Origin: an uncultured Thermoleophilia bacterium
GTDB lineage: Bacteria > Actinomycetota > Thermoleophilia > UBA2241
Direction: 5' to 3'
Assembly: GCA_963715985.1 (NCBI GenBank)
Contig: CAVQSP010000013.1
Location: 448,001 to 512,000 of the forward strand
Length of the DNA: 64,000 nt
A model generated the notes under the pieces. It was given only the letters and a program-made list of their open reading frames with translations. It was not told where the DNA came from and did no database searches. Every line of letters begins with the position of its first letter. Positions within the stretch are counted from its first letter, which is position 1. The position numbers and the translations under genes are program-made. Of the stretch, positions 33,508 to 44,465 are shown one piece after another.

Positions 33508-34881
33508 ATGGCTTCGGACTACGACATGGGCAAGTCCCGTCTTGTCACGCGACGCGACTTCCTCAAGACGGGCGCGCTGGCGGGCGCAGCCCTGGGAGTG
33601 GGCGGCGCCCTCACGGGTTCGCTGGCCGCCTGTGGCACCACGAGCTCCGGCGGCAGCAGCGGCGACAGCAGCTCCGGCGCCGAAGGCCGCGAGATCAAGA
33701 TCGGCTTCGTCACGCCGCTCACCGGACCGCTGGCCTCGTTCGGTATCCCCGACGCCTGGTGCGTCAAGCAGTGGGAGGCGTCGGTCGCCGACGGTCTCAA
33801 GTGCGGCGACGGCCAGGTCCACCCGATCAAGTTCCTCGTCAGGGACACGCAGTCCGACACCAACCGCGCCGCTACCGTGACCGGTGACCTCATCACCAAC
33901 GACGGCTGCGACATCATCATGGCGGCCTCCACGGCCGACACGGTGCCGCCCGTCGCCGACACGTGCGAAGCCATGGCCGAGCCGTGTGTCACCAACGACT
34001 GCCCGTGGCAGGCGTACTTCTTCGGCCGCGGCGGCGACCCCGCCAAGGGGTTCGAGTGGACCTACCATTCGTGGTGGGGTCTCGAGGGCATCACCGCCAC
34101 GTTCGTCTCCATGTGGGACGCGCTCACGACCAACAAGAAGGTCGCCGAGATGTGGCCCAACGACGGTGACGGCCTCGCCTGGGCCGACCCTGAGAAGGGC
34201 CAGCCGCCGGTCCTCAAGGCAGGCGGCTACACCATCATCGACGGCGGTCGCTACCAGGACCTCACCGACGACTACACGCCGCAGATCGCCAAGTTCAAGG
34301 CGGCCGGCGCCGATATCCTGAGCGGCGTCATGCTGCCCCCCGACTTCACCAACTTCTGGAAGCAGTCGCTGCAGCAGGGCTTCAACCCGATGATCGCCAC
34401 CGTGGGCAAGGCGCTCCTCTTCCCGCAGTCCCTCGAGGCGCTTGGCGACGTCGGCTACAACCTCTCCAGCGAGTGCTGGTGGTCGCCCAACCACCCGTTC
34501 ACGTCCTCCCTCACCGGGCAGACGTGCAAGGAGATCGCGGACCAGTACGAGACCGACAACAGCGCGCAGTGGACGCAGCCGATCCTCCACTACGCGATCT
34601 TCGAAGTCGTCGCCGACGCCCTCAAGCGGGCGACGAACGTGGACGACAAAGCCAACGTCCGCGATGCCATCGCCGCCACCGACATGCAGACCATCGGCGG
34701 CCGCATCACGTGGAGCAGCGACGACAAGAAGCTCAACCCGGTGCCCAACGTCTGCACCACGCCCATCACGGGCGGCCAGTGGGTCAAGGGTGACAAGTAC
34801 CCGTACAACCTGGTCGTGGTCGACAACTCGCAGGCCCCCGAAGTCCCGACCCAGGCCGAGTTGCAGCCACTCCAGTACTGA
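33508..34881 (+). CDS. ABC substrate-binding protein (LivJ-like fold), Tat lipoprotein, copy 1
   Basis: TRRDFLK plus lipobox LAAC, IKIGFVTPLTGPLASFG, DTQSD, NDGDG. Confidence 0.9.
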   Translation: MASDYDMGKSRLVTRRDFLKTGALAGAALGVGGALTGSLAACGTTSSGGSSGDSSSGAEGREIKIGFVTPLTGPLASFGIPDAWCVKQWEASVADGLKCGDGQVHPIKFLVRDTQSDTNRAATVTGDLITNDGCDIIMAASTADTVPPVADTCEAMAEPCVTNDCPWQAYFFGRGGDPAKGFEWTYHSWWGLEGITATFVSMWDALTTNKKVAEMWPNDGDGLAWADPEKGQPPVLKAGGYTIIDGGRYQDLTDDYTPQIAKFKAAGADILSGVMLPPDFTNFWKQSLQQGFNPMIATVGKALLFPQSLEALGDVGYNLSSECWWSPNHPFTSSLTGQTCKEIADQYETDNSAQWTQPILHYAIFEVVADALKRATNVDDKANVRDAIAATDMQTIGGRITWSSDDKKLNPVPNVCTTPITGGQWVKGDKYPYNLVVVDNSQAPEVPTQAELQPLQY

Positions 34882-34913
34882 GGGCGCCTGACGCACGTCT
34901 GAACGCCGTTTGA

Positions 34914-34948
34914 ATCGGGGGGCGGAGGCGGATGCCTCCGCCCCCGAT
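34914..34948 (+). terminator. GC hairpin after SBP1
   Basis: atcggggggcggaggc-ggat-gcctccgcccccgat. Confidence 0.6.
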
Positions 34949-35126
34949 CGCACAGGTTGCCTCCGGCCGTGACACGGTGCTACCCCCAGCGCCGGTCGTC
35001 TGTGGCCGCACGCGGACGACGCGGTCGCGAGGCACGCTTGGGGCGCCGTCCCGCATCCGCGGGACGGCGCCCCTTCTCGTTCCCGAGCAGGGGACACACC
35101 AGAGCCCTCCTGCAGGGTCGCGCGCG

Positions 35127-35190
35127 TTGACCGCAACGCCTCAGTCCGCTAGAGTTCCAATAAACGGAATGAACGTTCCATAAGATGGAA
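35127..35190 (+). promoter_or_regulatory. Promoter with tandem IclR-type boxes
   Basis: TTGACC-17-TAGAGT, then ttccaataaacggaa-6 nt-ttccataagatggaa. Confidence 0.72.
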
Positions 35191-35238
35191 CGAAAGGACA
35201 GGACAGGCGCGGGCTTCCACGCGACCTGGAGGGCTCCC

Positions 35239-38200
35239 ATGACGGTATCGGGACGACAGCGCGCGGCGCGCGCGGTGCAACAGGCGAAGGGGACGCTGGC
35301 GGAGACGCAGTTCGCCGCGGTCCTGGCGGCGCTGCCGGTGCTCCTCAGGACCACGGCCCACCGGCACCCGGCCTTTGCCGCGCGGCTGCGCGAGCGCGAC
35401 CTCGTGGCCCAGATCGTCCTCGCCGGTACGAGCCGCGGCCGGGCCTACGCGTTCCGCGACGGTGCGGTGCACTCCCGCGCCGGCCTGCACCCCAAACCGG
35501 ACATCACCATGACCTTCGACTCGGCCGAGCTGGCCGTGCGCCTGCTCAAGCCCTCCCGCGATTACCTGGAGTTCATCGATGCCCTCAAGAACTTCCAGAT
35601 GAGGGTGGAGGGGCCGGACGAGCTCGCCGTGTGGTTCTCGGAGACGCTGCAGATGATGCTCACGGCCGGGCTGGAGTTCGGTACCGATGTGGGCGGCGGG
35701 GTGCGCCGCTACACGAGCAACACCAACGGCGGCCCGGTGTACGTGTTCGTCAGGGACGGGCGCATCCTCCGCATCACCCCGATCGAGTTCGGCGAGGACG
35801 ACGCCGCGCCCTGGACCATCGAAGCGAGGGGCCGCAGCTTCACGCCTCCCCGCAAGACGACGGTGAGCTCGCACACCCTCGCCTGGAAGTCGCTGATCTA
35901 CTCGCCGGACAGGCTGCTGTACCCGATGAAGCGTGTGGACTTCGACCCCGCCGGCGAGCGCAACCCGCAGAACCGCGGCACCTCAGGGTACGAGCGCATC
36001 TCGTGGGACGAGGCGCTGGACCTGGTGGCGTCCGAGATCAAGCGTGTCAAGCGCGAGCACGGCCCCGGGGCGATCATGAACGGCAGCGGCTCGCACCACA
36101 CGTGGGGCGTGCTGGGCTACTGGCTGAGCGCCCGCATCCGCTTCTTCAACACCATCGGCTGGACGCCGGTGATGCACAACCCGGACAGCTGGGAGGGGTG
36201 GTACTGGGGCGCGTCGCACCACTGGGGCCAGACGGCGCGTAACGGGGGCGGCGAGACGTACGGCACGGTGGAGGACTGCCTCAAGCACTGCGAGATGGTG
36301 GTGTTCTGGTCCTCCGACCCGGAGGCCACGAGCGGTGTGTACGGCGCTCACGACGGCACGATCCGGCGCCAGTGGCTCAAGGACCTCGGCATCCCCTTCG
36401 TGCACATCGACCCGTACTTCAATCACACCGCCTCCTTCATGGGCGGCAAGTGGCTGGCCCCGCGGCCCGGCACCGACAGCGCCATGGTCCTGGCCATCGC
36501 GCACGTGTGGATGACGGAGGGCCTCTACGACCGCGAGTACGTGGCGGAGCGCACGGTGGGCTTCGAGAAGTGGCGGGCCTACGTGCTCGGCGACGAGGAC
36601 GGCGTGCCCAGGACGCCGGACTGGCAGGAGGTCGAGACCGGGGTGCCCGCGCGCGACGTACGTGCGCTCGCGCGCGCGTGGGGGTCGAGAAAGACGTACC
36701 TTGCCGCCGGCGGCCTCATCGGCTTTGGCGGCGCCTGCCGCACGGCCACCGGCACCGACTGGGCGCGCGGCGTTGTGTGCCTGATGGCCATGCAGGGCCT
36801 CGGCAAGCCGGGCGTCAACATGGGTTGTCTGCAGCAGGGCACGCCGCTGGACACGCACTTCTTCTTCCCCGGCTACGCGGAGGGCGGCTACTCCGGCGAC
36901 CTGACCGGGACTGCGCTCAGCATCAACATGTACCAGCGCATGCCGCAGCTCGCCACGGTGAACACCGTGTCGCAGGTGGTGCCGCGCCTCAAGATCCCCG
37001 AGGCCATCATGGACGGGCACTGCGAGGCCTACCCGACCGACCCCAAGTCGATCGAGGGCCAGTTCATGCGCTACGAGTACCCCGCCCCCGGCCACAGCGA
37101 GGTGAAGCTGTACTACAAGTACGGCGGCTCCCACCTGGGGACGATGACCGACACCAACCGCTTCGCGCGCATGTACCGCTCGGACAAGCTCGAGTGCGTG
37201 GTCAACCAGGGGATCTGGATGGAGGGCGAGACCAGGTTCGCCGACATCATCCTGCCGGCCTGCACCAACTTCGAGCGCTGGGACATCAGCGAGTTCGCCA
37301 ACTGCGGGGGCTACATCCAGCACGCGTTCACGCAGTGCAACCACCGCGTCGCCGTGATGCAGCACAAGTGCATCGAGCCGCTGGGCGAGTCGCGCTCGGA
37401 CCACCAGATCTTCCTCGACATCGCCACGCGGCTCGGCCTGGGCACGATGTACTCGGAGGGCGTCACCGAGCTCGACTGGTGCAAGCGGCTGTTCGACGCC
37501 ACCGACCTGCCGCGGCGCATCTCGTGGAAGGACTTCCTCAAGAAGGGCTACTACGTGGTGCCGGCGCCGCCTGTGGAGCGGCGCGACCCTGTCTCGTACC
37601 GCTGGTTCGCCGAGGGCCGGGCCAAGGACACGCCCGAGCTCACGCCGCTGCCCGCCGACTACACCGAGGAGTTCGGCCACGGGCTGCAGACCCAGTCGGG
37701 CAAGCTCGAGTTCGAGGCCTCGAGCCTCAAGCGCTTCGCGCCCGACGACCCGGAGCGCGTCGCCGCTGATGCGGTACGTCCCCGCCTGGGAGGGCCCGCA
37801 CGCGGAGGAGCTGTACGGCCGGTACCCGCTGCAGCTCATCACACCGCACCCGCGGCACAGCTTCCACACCCAGAGCGACGGCAAACACGCCGCCGTGAAC
37901 GACGTGGCGGACCACCGCGTCCTGGTGGACGGCCGCTACTACTGGATCGTGCGCATGAACGCGCGTGACGCCGCCGCGCGCGGCCTCGAGCAGCACCAGC
38001 TCGTGAAGGTGTTCAACGACCGTGGCGCGGTGATCTGCGCGGTCCAGCTGACGGAACGCCTTCCGGCAGGTACAGTGCACTCATACGAGTCGTCCGCCGT
38101 CTACGAGCCCATCGGCGAGCCGGGCAGGTCTCCGGACCGCGGCGGGTGTATGAACCTGCTCACGCCGAGCCGCATGATGATCCGCAGGTCGCACGCGCTG

Positions 38201-38299
38201 GCGGCGAACTCCTGCCTCGTGCAGGTGGAGGCGTGGCGCGAGGACGACGTGGTCTGGCCGGCAGCGGGCGGGGGGTCGACGGATGGTGCGCAAGGCTGA
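35239..38299 (+). CDS. AthL-family Mo-bisPGD subunit with N-terminal SCP2-like extension (indel near 37760)
   Basis: ~150 aa extension (..[22 protein letters not shown]..), then [45 protein letters not shown]. Confidence 0.88.
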
Positions 38300-39062
38300 G
38301 GGGGATGACGGGCCGGACAAGGGCGCCATGCAGGTGATCACGCGGGCGGCCGCCGTGCTCGGCGCGCTCGCCGCGCCCGGCGGCGGCCGCAGCCTCGCGC
38401 AGCTCGCCCAGCAGACCGGCCTGCCCAAGACGACGGTGCACCGCATCTGCACGGCGCTCGAGAGTGTCGGGTACGTGCAGGTGGACCCGGCCAGCGGCCG
38501 CAGGGAGCTGGGCAGCGGCATCCTGCGTCTGGCGGTGATGAGCCGGCGCGATCTGCGCACCGCGCTGGAGCCGTATCTGGCGCGACTCTCCCGCGACCTC
38601 AACGAGACGGTCGACCTCGCGGTGCTCGACGGGGGCGCCGTGCTCTTCCTCGCACAGCACCCCGCACCGGAGCGCGAGCTCATGGCCATCGCCCGTGTGG
38701 GGGCGCACTTTCCCGCCGCCAGCATGGCGAGCGGCAAGGTACTCCTGGCGCGCCTGTCCGACGACGAGCTGCAGCGGCTGCTGCCGCCGCGTCTGGCGAG
38801 CACGCTGCAAGGGCGGCCCAAGACGCGCGAGGACCTGATCCGCGAGCTCGACGACGTGCGCGTCACGGGGCTGGGGTTCGAGCGCGAGGAGCTCCGCCAC
38901 GGCATCTGTGCCATCGCCGTGGCCGTCGCCGACGTGGACGGGCGCGCCGCCTCCATCGCGGTGCCCATGCCGACGGCCCGGTTCAACGCCGCCGAGCGCG
39001 AAGTGGCGGCGGCGCTGCTGCGGCTCAGGGACGAGGTCCAGGCCGAGCTGAGTGGCGGCTGA
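38283..39062 (+). CDS. IclR family transcriptional regulator 2
   Basis: [36 protein letters not shown]. Confidence 0.92.
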   Translation: MVRKAEGDDGPDKGAMQVITRAAAVLGALAAPGGGRSLAQLAQQTGLPKTTVHRICTALESVGYVQVDPASGRRELGSGILRLAVMSRRDLRTALEPYLARLSRDLNETVDLAVLDGGAVLFLAQHPAPERELMAIARVGAHFPAASMASGKVLLARLSDDELQRLLPPRLASTLQGRPKTREDLIRELDDVRVTGLGFEREELRHGICAIAVAVADVDGRAASIAVPMPTARFNAAEREVAAALLRLRDEVQAELSGG

Positions 39063-39118
39063 GCGGCGGAGCGTCGCCGCAGCCGCCTCACGCCGGCCGG
39101 AGACGTGAGGAGAAGCAC

Positions 39119-39882
39119 ATGGACGTGTTCGACATCCGCGGGAGCCGCGCAGTCGTGGTCGGGGCGGGCGGGCTCGGCGGCGCCATCGCGCGCGGACTGG
39201 CCGGTCACGGCGCCGACGTGGTGGTGGCCGATGTGGACGGGAGCCGTGCCGCGGCTCTCGCCGCCGAGCTGGCCGGCGAGGGCGTGACGGCGGCGGGTCG
39301 TGGCCGTGGATGTCACCGACGAGACGTCGGTGGCGGCGATGGCCGAGGCGGCCGTCGCCCGTCTCGGCGGCGTGGACGCGCTCGTCAACGCCGCCGGGGC
39401 CACGGTGCGCAAGCGCGCCGAGGACCTCGCCCCCGCGGAGTGGCGCCGCATCCTCGACGTCAATGCCACGGGCACCTTCCTGTGCTGCCAGGCCGTGGGC
39501 GCACACATGGCGCGCGCGGGCGGCGGGGCCATCGTCAACCTGTCGTCGGTGCGCGGCCGCTACGGGGCCGTCTTCGGCCAGGCCGAGTACTCCGCCAGCA
39601 AGGGCGCCGTGGACTCGCTCACGCGCTCCCTGGCCGCGCAGTGGGCCGAGCTCGGCATCCGCGTCAACGCGGTCGCGCCGACGTTCGTGGAGACCGACCT
39701 CACGCGGGCGGTGCTCGCCGACGAGGCGTTCGCGGCGGCACTGCGGGCCAGCATCCCCATGGGCAGGTGGGCGGACGCCGCCGACGTCGTCGGGCCCCGT
39801 ACTCTTCTTGCTGTCGCCGGCGGCAGGCTTCATGACCGGCCAGATCGTGTACGTGGACGGGGGCCTGACGGCCCGCGTCTGA
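39119..39882 (+). CDS. Short-chain dehydrogenase/reductase (indels near 39295 and 39797)
   Basis: GAGGLG, NAAG, SSVRG, YSASK, VNAVAP, TGQIVYVDGG. Confidence 0.9.
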
Positions 39883-39919
39883 GCCCGGGGAGGGTGCGGC
39901 GGCGACGTGCGTGCGATGC

Positions 39920-39982
39920 TTGACCTCCTTCGGGCCCTGCACTAGTGTTCGCATCATGGAATCGTAGTTCCGTATCGTGGGC
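39920..39982 (+). promoter_or_regulatory. Promoter with tandem IclR-type boxes
   Basis: TTGACC-17-TAGTGT, then gttcgcatcatggaa-6 nt-ttccgtatcgtgggc. Confidence 0.72.
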
Positions 39983-40161
39983 ACCCCGCGAGCGGACGGC
40001 GGCCGAAGAGGGGCGGGCCGGCGGCAGCCTGGACGACCCCGGCGGGGCGCTCATCCGCTTCCCGGACGGTGTCGCGGCGCACCCGGCGCCGGCCCCGCAG
40101 TGGACACGCAGCAGACCGGCAGCTACCCGCAGCGCCGGCCACACGTGAGAGGAGAACTGAG

Positions 40162-40959
40162 ATGGCTGAGCGAGAGATCTGGAGCCTCGAGAGTATCCGC
40201 GGCCTGTTCGACCTGACCGGCAAGGTCGCCATCGTCACCGGCGGCTCGGGGGCCTACGGGCACGACGCCGCCAAGGGTCTGGCGGCGTTCGGCGCCGACG
40301 TCGTGCTCACCAGCCGCCGCCTCGAGAACCTGGAGGCTGCGGCGGCCGACATCCGTGAGACCGGTCGCACGGTCCTGCCCATCGCCTGCGACGTGCTCGA
40401 CCCCGAGGGCGTGGAGAACGTCGTCCAGAAGACCGTCGACGAGTTCGGCAAGGTCGACATCCTGGTAACGGCCTCCGGCCAGGCCAACCGCTTCGCCGCT
40501 CACGAGTTCCCCATCGACGAGTGGGAGAAGGTCATGGACTCCCTCGTCAAGGGCACGTACCTCATCTGCCAGGCGGCGGGCAAGCGCATGATCGCGCAGG
40601 GCGGCGGCAAGATCATCACCGTGGGCTCCGTGCGCGGCTTCCTCGGGCACCCGGGCGGCTACTCTGCCTACGGCACCGCCAAGGGCGCCGTCCACCTGCT
40701 CACCAAGCAGCTCGCCACCGAGTGGGCGCAGTACCACATCAACGTGAACAGCGTCGCGCCCTGCATCTTCTGGACCCCGCTCACGCAGCAGGTCATCGAG
40801 GACCCGGAGCTGAAGAAGATCTTCCTCTCGCGCATCCCGTGGGGCCGCGTCGCCGACCCGCAGGACTTCATCGGCGCCACCGTCTACCTGGCCGCGCCGG
40901 CGTCTGACTTCGTGACCGGCGCCATCCTGCCCGTCGACGGCGGCAGCACCGCCGGCTGA
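40162..40959 (+). CDS. SDR, candidate NADPH-dependent phloroglucinol reductase
   Basis: LFDLTGKVAIVTGGSGAYG, SRR NADPH fingerprint, GSVRG, YGTAK; specific function inferred from context. Confidence 0.8.
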   Translation: MAEREIWSLESIRGLFDLTGKVAIVTGGSGAYGHDAAKGLAAFGADVVLTSRRLENLEAAAADIRETGRTVLPIACDVLDPEGVENVVQKTVDEFGKVDILVTASGQANRFAAHEFPIDEWEKVMDSLVKGTYLICQAAGKRMIAQGGGKIITVGSVRGFLGHPGGYSAYGTAKGAVHLLTKQLATEWAQYHINVNSVAPCIFWTPLTQQVIEDPELKKIFLSRIPWGRVADPQDFIGATVYLAAPASDFVTGAILPVDGGSTAG

Positions 40960-40984
40960 GCCGGCGGCAGCGAGGAGGCTGACC

Positions 40985-41926
40985 ATGGCCAAGGAGCGCG
41001 TGGCCGTCATCGGCGCCGGCCTGATGGGCATCGGCATCGCCCAGGTCTTCGCCGTGGCGGGGCACGAGGTGACACTCCAGGACGCGTTCCCGGAGGCGCT
41101 GGAGCGCGTGCCCTCGGTGGTGCGCGCCAACCTCACGTTCCTGGCCGAGAAGGGCCTCGGCTCTCAGGATGACGTGGAGGGGGCCGTGGCCCGGGTGTCC
41201 ACTACACCCGAGCTGCGTGCCGCCGTGCAGGGGGCGGCATTCGTGGTCGAGTGCGTCTACGAGGATCTCGCGCTCAAGCAGGGCGTGTTCGAGCAGCTCG
41301 ACGACGCCTGCCCGCCCTCCACGATCCTGTGCACCAACACGTCGGTGATGAGCATCACCGAGATCGGCGCGCGCGCCGTGCGCAAGGAGCGCGTGGTGGG
41401 CACGCACTTCTGGAACCCGCCGTTCCTCATCCCGCTGGTGGAGGTGGTGCGCACGGCCGACGTCGCCGACGACGTCGTGCTGCGCACCATGGAGATGCTG
41501 CGCAGCGTGGGCAAGCGGCCCATCGACTGCAAGAAGGACGTGCCCGGCTTCGTGGCCAACCGTCTGCAGCACGCACTGTGGCGCGAGGCGATCTCCATCG
41601 TGGAGCACGGCATCGCCGACGCCGCCACGGTGGACGAGAGTATCCGCTACGGACCCGGGCTACGACTGCCGGTCCTCGCGCCCATGGAGAACGCGGACAT
41701 GGTGGGGCTGGACCTCACCCTCGCCATCCACGACTACATCCTGCCGCACCTGGAGGCGTCGGGAGAGCCGTCGCCGCTGCTGCGCGCCAAGGTGGCCGAC
41801 GGCGACCTCGGCTTCAAGAGCGGGCACGGCTTCCAGGACTGGACGCCGGAGCAGGCGGAGGAGTCCCGCCAGCGGCTGGTGAGCTACCTGGTGCACGTGC
41901 TCACCGACGACCAGAGAGGCCTGTAG
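40985..41926 (+). CDS. 3-hydroxyacyl-CoA dehydrogenase family protein (candidate 3-hydroxy-5-oxohexanoate dehydrogenase)
   Basis: IGAGLMGIGIA, TNTS, GTHFWNPP, KDVPGFVANRLQ. Confidence 0.88.
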   Translation: MAKERVAVIGAGLMGIGIAQVFAVAGHEVTLQDAFPEALERVPSVVRANLTFLAEKGLGSQDDVEGAVARVSTTPELRAAVQGAAFVVECVYEDLALKQGVFEQLDDACPPSTILCTNTSVMSITEIGARAVRKERVVGTHFWNPPFLIPLVEVVRTADVADDVVLRTMEMLRSVGKRPIDCKKDVPGFVANRLQHALWREAISIVEHGIADAATVDESIRYGPGLRLPVLAPMENADMVGLDLTLAIHDYILPHLEASGEPSPLLRAKVADGDLGFKSGHGFQDWTPEQAEESRQRLVSYLVHVLTDDQRGL

Positions 41927-41994
41927 CAGGCCGCAAACGGGCAGGATGCCGGGCCGGCCGCACGGTGCGTGCCGTCGCCGGGGAGGAGTGCGGA

Positions 41995-42777
41995 GTGACG
42001 GAACGGCGTGACGGCGTGCAGGTGCTGGAGCGTGCGGCGCAGATGCTCCGCGCGCTCTCGGCCGAGCCCGACGGTCTCACGTCCATCGAGCTCGCCGACC
42101 GCGTCGGGCTGCCGCGCTCCACCGCCTATCGCATCGTGGGCGCGCTCGCCAGCGAGGGCTTCGTACGGGTGTCGCCCGGCGGCAAACTCTCCATCGGCGC
42201 CGGGCTCATCGGTATCGCCACCGCCGGGCGGCGCGATCTGCGGCACGAGGCCTCGCCGTACCTGGAGCGCCTGTCGCACGAGCTGCACGAGACGGTCGAG
42301 CTCGTGGTCCTGGACGGTGGTGACGCCCTCTTCACCAACCAGTTCGTCTCGTCGCGGTCGCTGCGCGTGGTGGCCGAGGTCGGCGACCGCTTCCCCCTCT
42401 ACTGCACGGCGTGCGGCAAGGCGCTCCTCGCGGAGCTGCCGCACGCCGAGGCCGTGCGGCTCATCCCGCGCAAGCTCAAGGCGCACACGCCGCACACCAA
42501 CGTCGACCGCGAGGACCTGCTCAGGGAGCTGGACCTGGTGCGCTCCACCGGCGTCGCCTTCGACCGCCAGGAGCACACGGTCGGCGTCTCCGCCGTGGGC
42601 GCCGCCATCCGCGACGCGGCGGGCTCCGTGGCCGCGCTCACCGTGGTCATGCCGGCGGCCCGCCTCGAGGGCGACGAAGAGCGCATCGCGTCGGCGCTCC
42701 TGCGGGTCCGCGACGAGATCCAGACGGCGCTCAACGGCGAGGGCACGCCCTTCGCCGGCAACGGGCGCCCATCTTGA
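41995..42777 (+). CDS. IclR family transcriptional regulator 3
   Basis: GVQVLERA, GLPRSTAYRIV, HETVELV, PLYCTACGKALLA. Confidence 0.93.
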   Translation: MTERRDGVQVLERAAQMLRALSAEPDGLTSIELADRVGLPRSTAYRIVGALASEGFVRVSPGGKLSIGAGLIGIATAGRRDLRHEASPYLERLSHELHETVELVVLDGGDALFTNQFVSSRSLRVVAEVGDRFPLYCTACGKALLAELPHAEAVRLIPRKLKAHTPHTNVDREDLLRELDLVRSTGVAFDRQEHTVGVSAVGAAIRDAAGSVAALTVVMPAARLEGDEERIASALLRVRDEIQTALNGEGTPFAGNGRPS

Positions 42778-42839
42778 CACCGGCTTTGCCGCGCGAGTAG
42801 CGTATCCACGATACGGCATCTCGTGTCCGAGATGCGGAC
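42774..42839 (+). promoter_or_regulatory. Promoter with tandem IclR-type boxes
   Basis: TTGACA-18-TAGCGT, then atccacgatacggca-6 nt-gtccgagatgcggac. Confidence 0.72.
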
Positions 42840-42984
42840 AGGCCGAGCACCTGGTGCACGTTCCCGGGGACGAGCGGCAGGGCGTCTGAGCCGTCGTGCG
42901 ACTCGTCGTCGCCGACGGACAGCCCGGGCACACGAGTGCCCGTCTGTCGAGACAGCAACGAGACCGAGGAGAAGAGAGGCAACC

Positions 42985-43920
42985 ATGGGGAAGAAGGTAT
43001 TCGTCGACCTCAGCCATCCGTTCGGTGCGGACATGCCGCTGTGGCCCTATTTCACCAAGCCGGTGATCGACACGATGCACGGCCTGGCCAAGTCCGGCGT
43101 CCTGAGCCAGAAGGTCACCGTCGTGCAGCACTGCGGCACGCATGCAGATGCGCCGCGCCACGTCATGGAACGCGACTTCGCCGGCAACCGCGCGAGATAC
43201 AGTCACGAACTGCCTGTGGATGCGTACGTCGGCGATGCGGTCTGCCTGGACATCAAGGTCGAGGACTGGGGCCTGATCAAGGGCGAGCACCTCGACGACG
43301 CCTGCGAGCGCGCGAACATCAAGCCCGAGGAGCTCAAGGGCATGGTGATCTGCCTGCGGACCGGCATGCACCTCAAGTACGACGACAGCAAGGACTACTA
43401 CCACTACTCGTGCGGCACCGGCCTGGACGCGGGCAACTGGTTCCAGAAGTACATGCCGAAGTGCGTCGCCATGGACATGCAGGCGCTGGACCACCCTCTG
43501 CACACGGCCATGGGCAAGAACGGCCCCACCCAGATGAACCTGCCCGGTAACTCGGGCCGGCCGATCACCGAGGAGTACATCGAGAAGTTCGGTCTCGAGG
43601 CGTATGCCGAATTCGAGCGGGACGTGTACATCGAGGTGTTCGGCATGGACAAGTACATGGAGGCCTACGGGCAGCTGGAGCGTGCGAATCAGCCGGGGAC
43701 CTGGGAGCCCTGCCACAAGCTCATGATGGGCAACGGCATCGTCGGCGTCGAGAACCTCGGCGGAGACCTCGACAAGGTCGTGGGCAAGCGCTTCCGCTTC
43801 TTCGCGTTCCCCCTCCGCTGGTGGCTGGGCGACGGCTCGATGGTCCGCTGCGCTGCGGAGATCGACGAGGACGACATGAACGACGTCCCCGACCGGACCT
43901 ACAAGTACGGCGTCATCTGA
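42985..43920 (+). CDS. Cyclase/kynurenine-formamidase-family metal hydrolase (candidate dihydrophloroglucinol cyclohydrolase)
   Basis: DLSHP, HCGTHADAP metal motif, LRTG, H..GIVGVENL, GDGS. Confidence 0.85.
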   Translation: MGKKVFVDLSHPFGADMPLWPYFTKPVIDTMHGLAKSGVLSQKVTVVQHCGTHADAPRHVMERDFAGNRARYSHELPVDAYVGDAVCLDIKVEDWGLIKGEHLDDACERANIKPEELKGMVICLRTGMHLKYDDSKDYYHYSCGTGLDAGNWFQKYMPKCVAMDMQALDHPLHTAMGKNGPTQMNLPGNSGRPITEEYIEKFGLEAYAEFERDVYIEVFGMDKYMEAYGQLERANQPGTWEPCHKLMMGNGIVGVENLGGDLDKVVGKRFRFFAFPLRWWLGDGSMVRCAAEIDEDDMNDVPDRTYKYGVI

Positions 43921-43936
43921 GAGAAGGAGAGGGACC

Positions 43937-44287
43937 GTGGAAGTCACGCGCTACGACGAGGCCCCGAGCTACGAGGCTCCCGGGCATTTCGGTGTCTACG
44001 GCCTGCGCCTGCAGGGCTTCGAGGTCAGCAAGACCCGCAGTTTCTGGATGAGCATCTCTCACTTCCTGCCCGGTGGTGGCTGCGAGTACGTCGCCACGCC
44101 GATCGAGAAGGTGTACTTCGTGCTCGAGGGTGAGGTCACCGTCAAGACCGAGGAGGGCGAGGTCATCCTCAAGAAGTATGACTCCGTCTACCTGGCGCCC
44201 GATGAGGCTCGCTCCATCCTGAACCGCACCAACTCGCCGGCGACGATGCTCGTCGCCATCCCGTATCCGGAGCCTCGCGAGTTCTGA
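43937..44287 (+). CDS. Cupin domain protein
   Basis: SHFLPGGG..EKVYFVLEGEVTV..DSVYLAPDEARSILN. Confidence 0.88.
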   Translation: MEVTRYDEAPSYEAPGHFGVYGLRLQGFEVSKTRSFWMSISHFLPGGGCEYVATPIEKVYFVLEGEVTVKTEEGEVILKKYDSVYLAPDEARSILNRTNSPATMLVAIPYPEPREF

Positions 44288-44465
44288 TGACGCGCGCCGG
44301 GACCCCAGTCCTGGTCGGCTTCATGGCCGCGCAGCCCCGTGGGGCGTGCGCAGGCCGCGGCGGACGCGGGCGGCGGCACCACAGGTGCCGCCGCCCGCGC
44401 TTCCGCGGCGCCGGTCTGTCTCCCGCGACCGGCTGATCCACCCATCGACCTCTGAGGAGGCCACA

